Origin: a virus | Lineage: Duplodnaviria > Caudoviricetes | Length of the DNA: 34,645 nucleotides | IMG/VR virus record: IMGVR_UViG_3300017978_000114 | Coordinates: 1-34,645 of that record | Reading direction: 5' to 3' (one strand) | In this document: positions 33,864 to 34,645 of the stretch, in pieces | Layout of the letters: every line of letters begins with the position of its first letter | How positions within the stretch are numbered: position 1 is the stretch's first letter | The notes under the pieces: generated by a model | The model's input: only the letters and a program-made list of their open reading frames with translations | Database searches by the model: none | What the model was told of the DNA's origin: nothing | Program-made: the position numbers and the translations under genes

Positions 33864-34645
33864 CTACATCCTAGCCCAGAGTCCTTGCCTGCGCTTAGGC
33901 TTATCTTGCCGCGCAAACACGTCAAAGTCACGCTTGGCGACTGTAACCTGCGCTGGTTTCTGGCTATTCATCAAGGCTCGTCCCTCGCCTGCGCCGAGAA
34001 GAAGATACTGCAAAGCGTCATGGACGTGGCTGAACATGTTCTTCTCTGGCTTGTCGGCATACCGCTCACCAGAAACTTCCATGCGCTTGTAGGAATAGCC
34101 GCCCTCGAAGCCCTTGATGATAGTGGTGCAGCGCCGATCCAAGAGAAACGCAGGCTTGCCTTCGACCATCTTGGTAAGCTGAGAAGAAACAGCTTCAATC
34201 CGAAGGTCCGGCGAGTTGGAGTGCGTAGGAAAAGCCCTCAGTCCAGCGCCTCGCAAGATATGGAACGGCGTTGATTCATCGGTCTGCGCTCTGAAATCGC
34301 CAGCCGGATCACCATAGATGATAGTTTCGCCAGCCGCCGCAAATCTATTTGCCAGTTCATTGCGTAGAACCTCAGCAAACCTGACGATGCCCATATCAAT
34401 GGCGACAATCTCAGACTGAATCAGCCACCGACCTCTGACCTTCTGGCCAATCGCAGCCGCAGGCGTAAGACCAAAGTCCAATCCAACATAGACAGGCTGG
34501 CCCGCCGCAATCGGAATCTCTTCCTGAGCAACGTGAGCCTCTGTCGCAAACATGGGATACACTGGCTTTCCATCCTGAATGGTGCCAAGGCGGTTCATCA
34601 CATAGACATCAATCCAGCTTTTGGTCTTACCCTGAATCAAGTTCG
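33864..34645 (-). CDS. terL: Terminase large subunit C-terminal nuclease part (copy B, 5' end beyond the window)
   Basis: VGLDFG, YGDPAG, HVHDALQY; about 95% aa identical to copy A by eye. Confidence 0.95.
   Translation of the reverse strand, partial: NLIQGKTKSWIDVYVMNRLGTIQDGKPVYPMFATEAHVAQEEIPIAAGQPVYVGLDFGLTPAAAIGQKVRGRWLIQSEIVAIDMGIVRFAEVLRNELANRFAAAGETIIYGDPAGDFRAQTDESTPFHILRGAGLRAFPTHSNSPDLRIEAVSSQLTKMVEGKPAFLLDRRCTTIIKGFEGGYSYKRMEVSGERYADKPEKNMFSHVHDALQYLLLGAGEGRALMNSQKPAQVTVAKRDFDVFARQDKPKRRQGLWARM
33967..34645. repeat. Diverged direct terminal repeat, copy B (pairs with 1-679)
   Basis: Ungapped colinear match. Confidence 0.95.

Noticed and set aside
1-34645. Integrated prophage, att sites or host genes
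   Set aside because: No integrase, no host-like genes and no att-like exact repeat seen; the sequence is phage from end to end

Overview
The window is essentially one complete ~34 kb podovirus genome (unit length 33,966 bp) whose two ends overlap in diverged copies of the terminase large-subunit gene. It has a T7-like head/tail module but no recognisable RNA polymerase, DNA polymerase or integrase. This layout resembles HTVC010P-type alphaproteobacterial phages (inference, no search run). The + strand (3650-12177) carries early genes: a DUF932-like protein, several HTH regulators, a Holliday junction resolvase, a replication initiator with an internal origin, a YqaJ exonuclease, a Sak/Rad52-like annealase, an SSB-like protein, a DnaA C-terminal domain protein and a modular small-gene array. 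The - strand carries late genes: terS, small basic proteins, terL, portal, scaffold, capsid, tail tubes, internal virion proteins, tail fibres and a lysis cassette with a GH19 endolysin and a signal-peptide thermonuclease. The most striking non-gene signals are a ~235-nt nested fold-back switch that sequesters the RBS of the first early gene, a 12-bp motif (TTTGTGCGTTGA) before four late units, the ~85%-identical terminal terL duplication, a shared operator in two early promoters, and several structured RNA elements.
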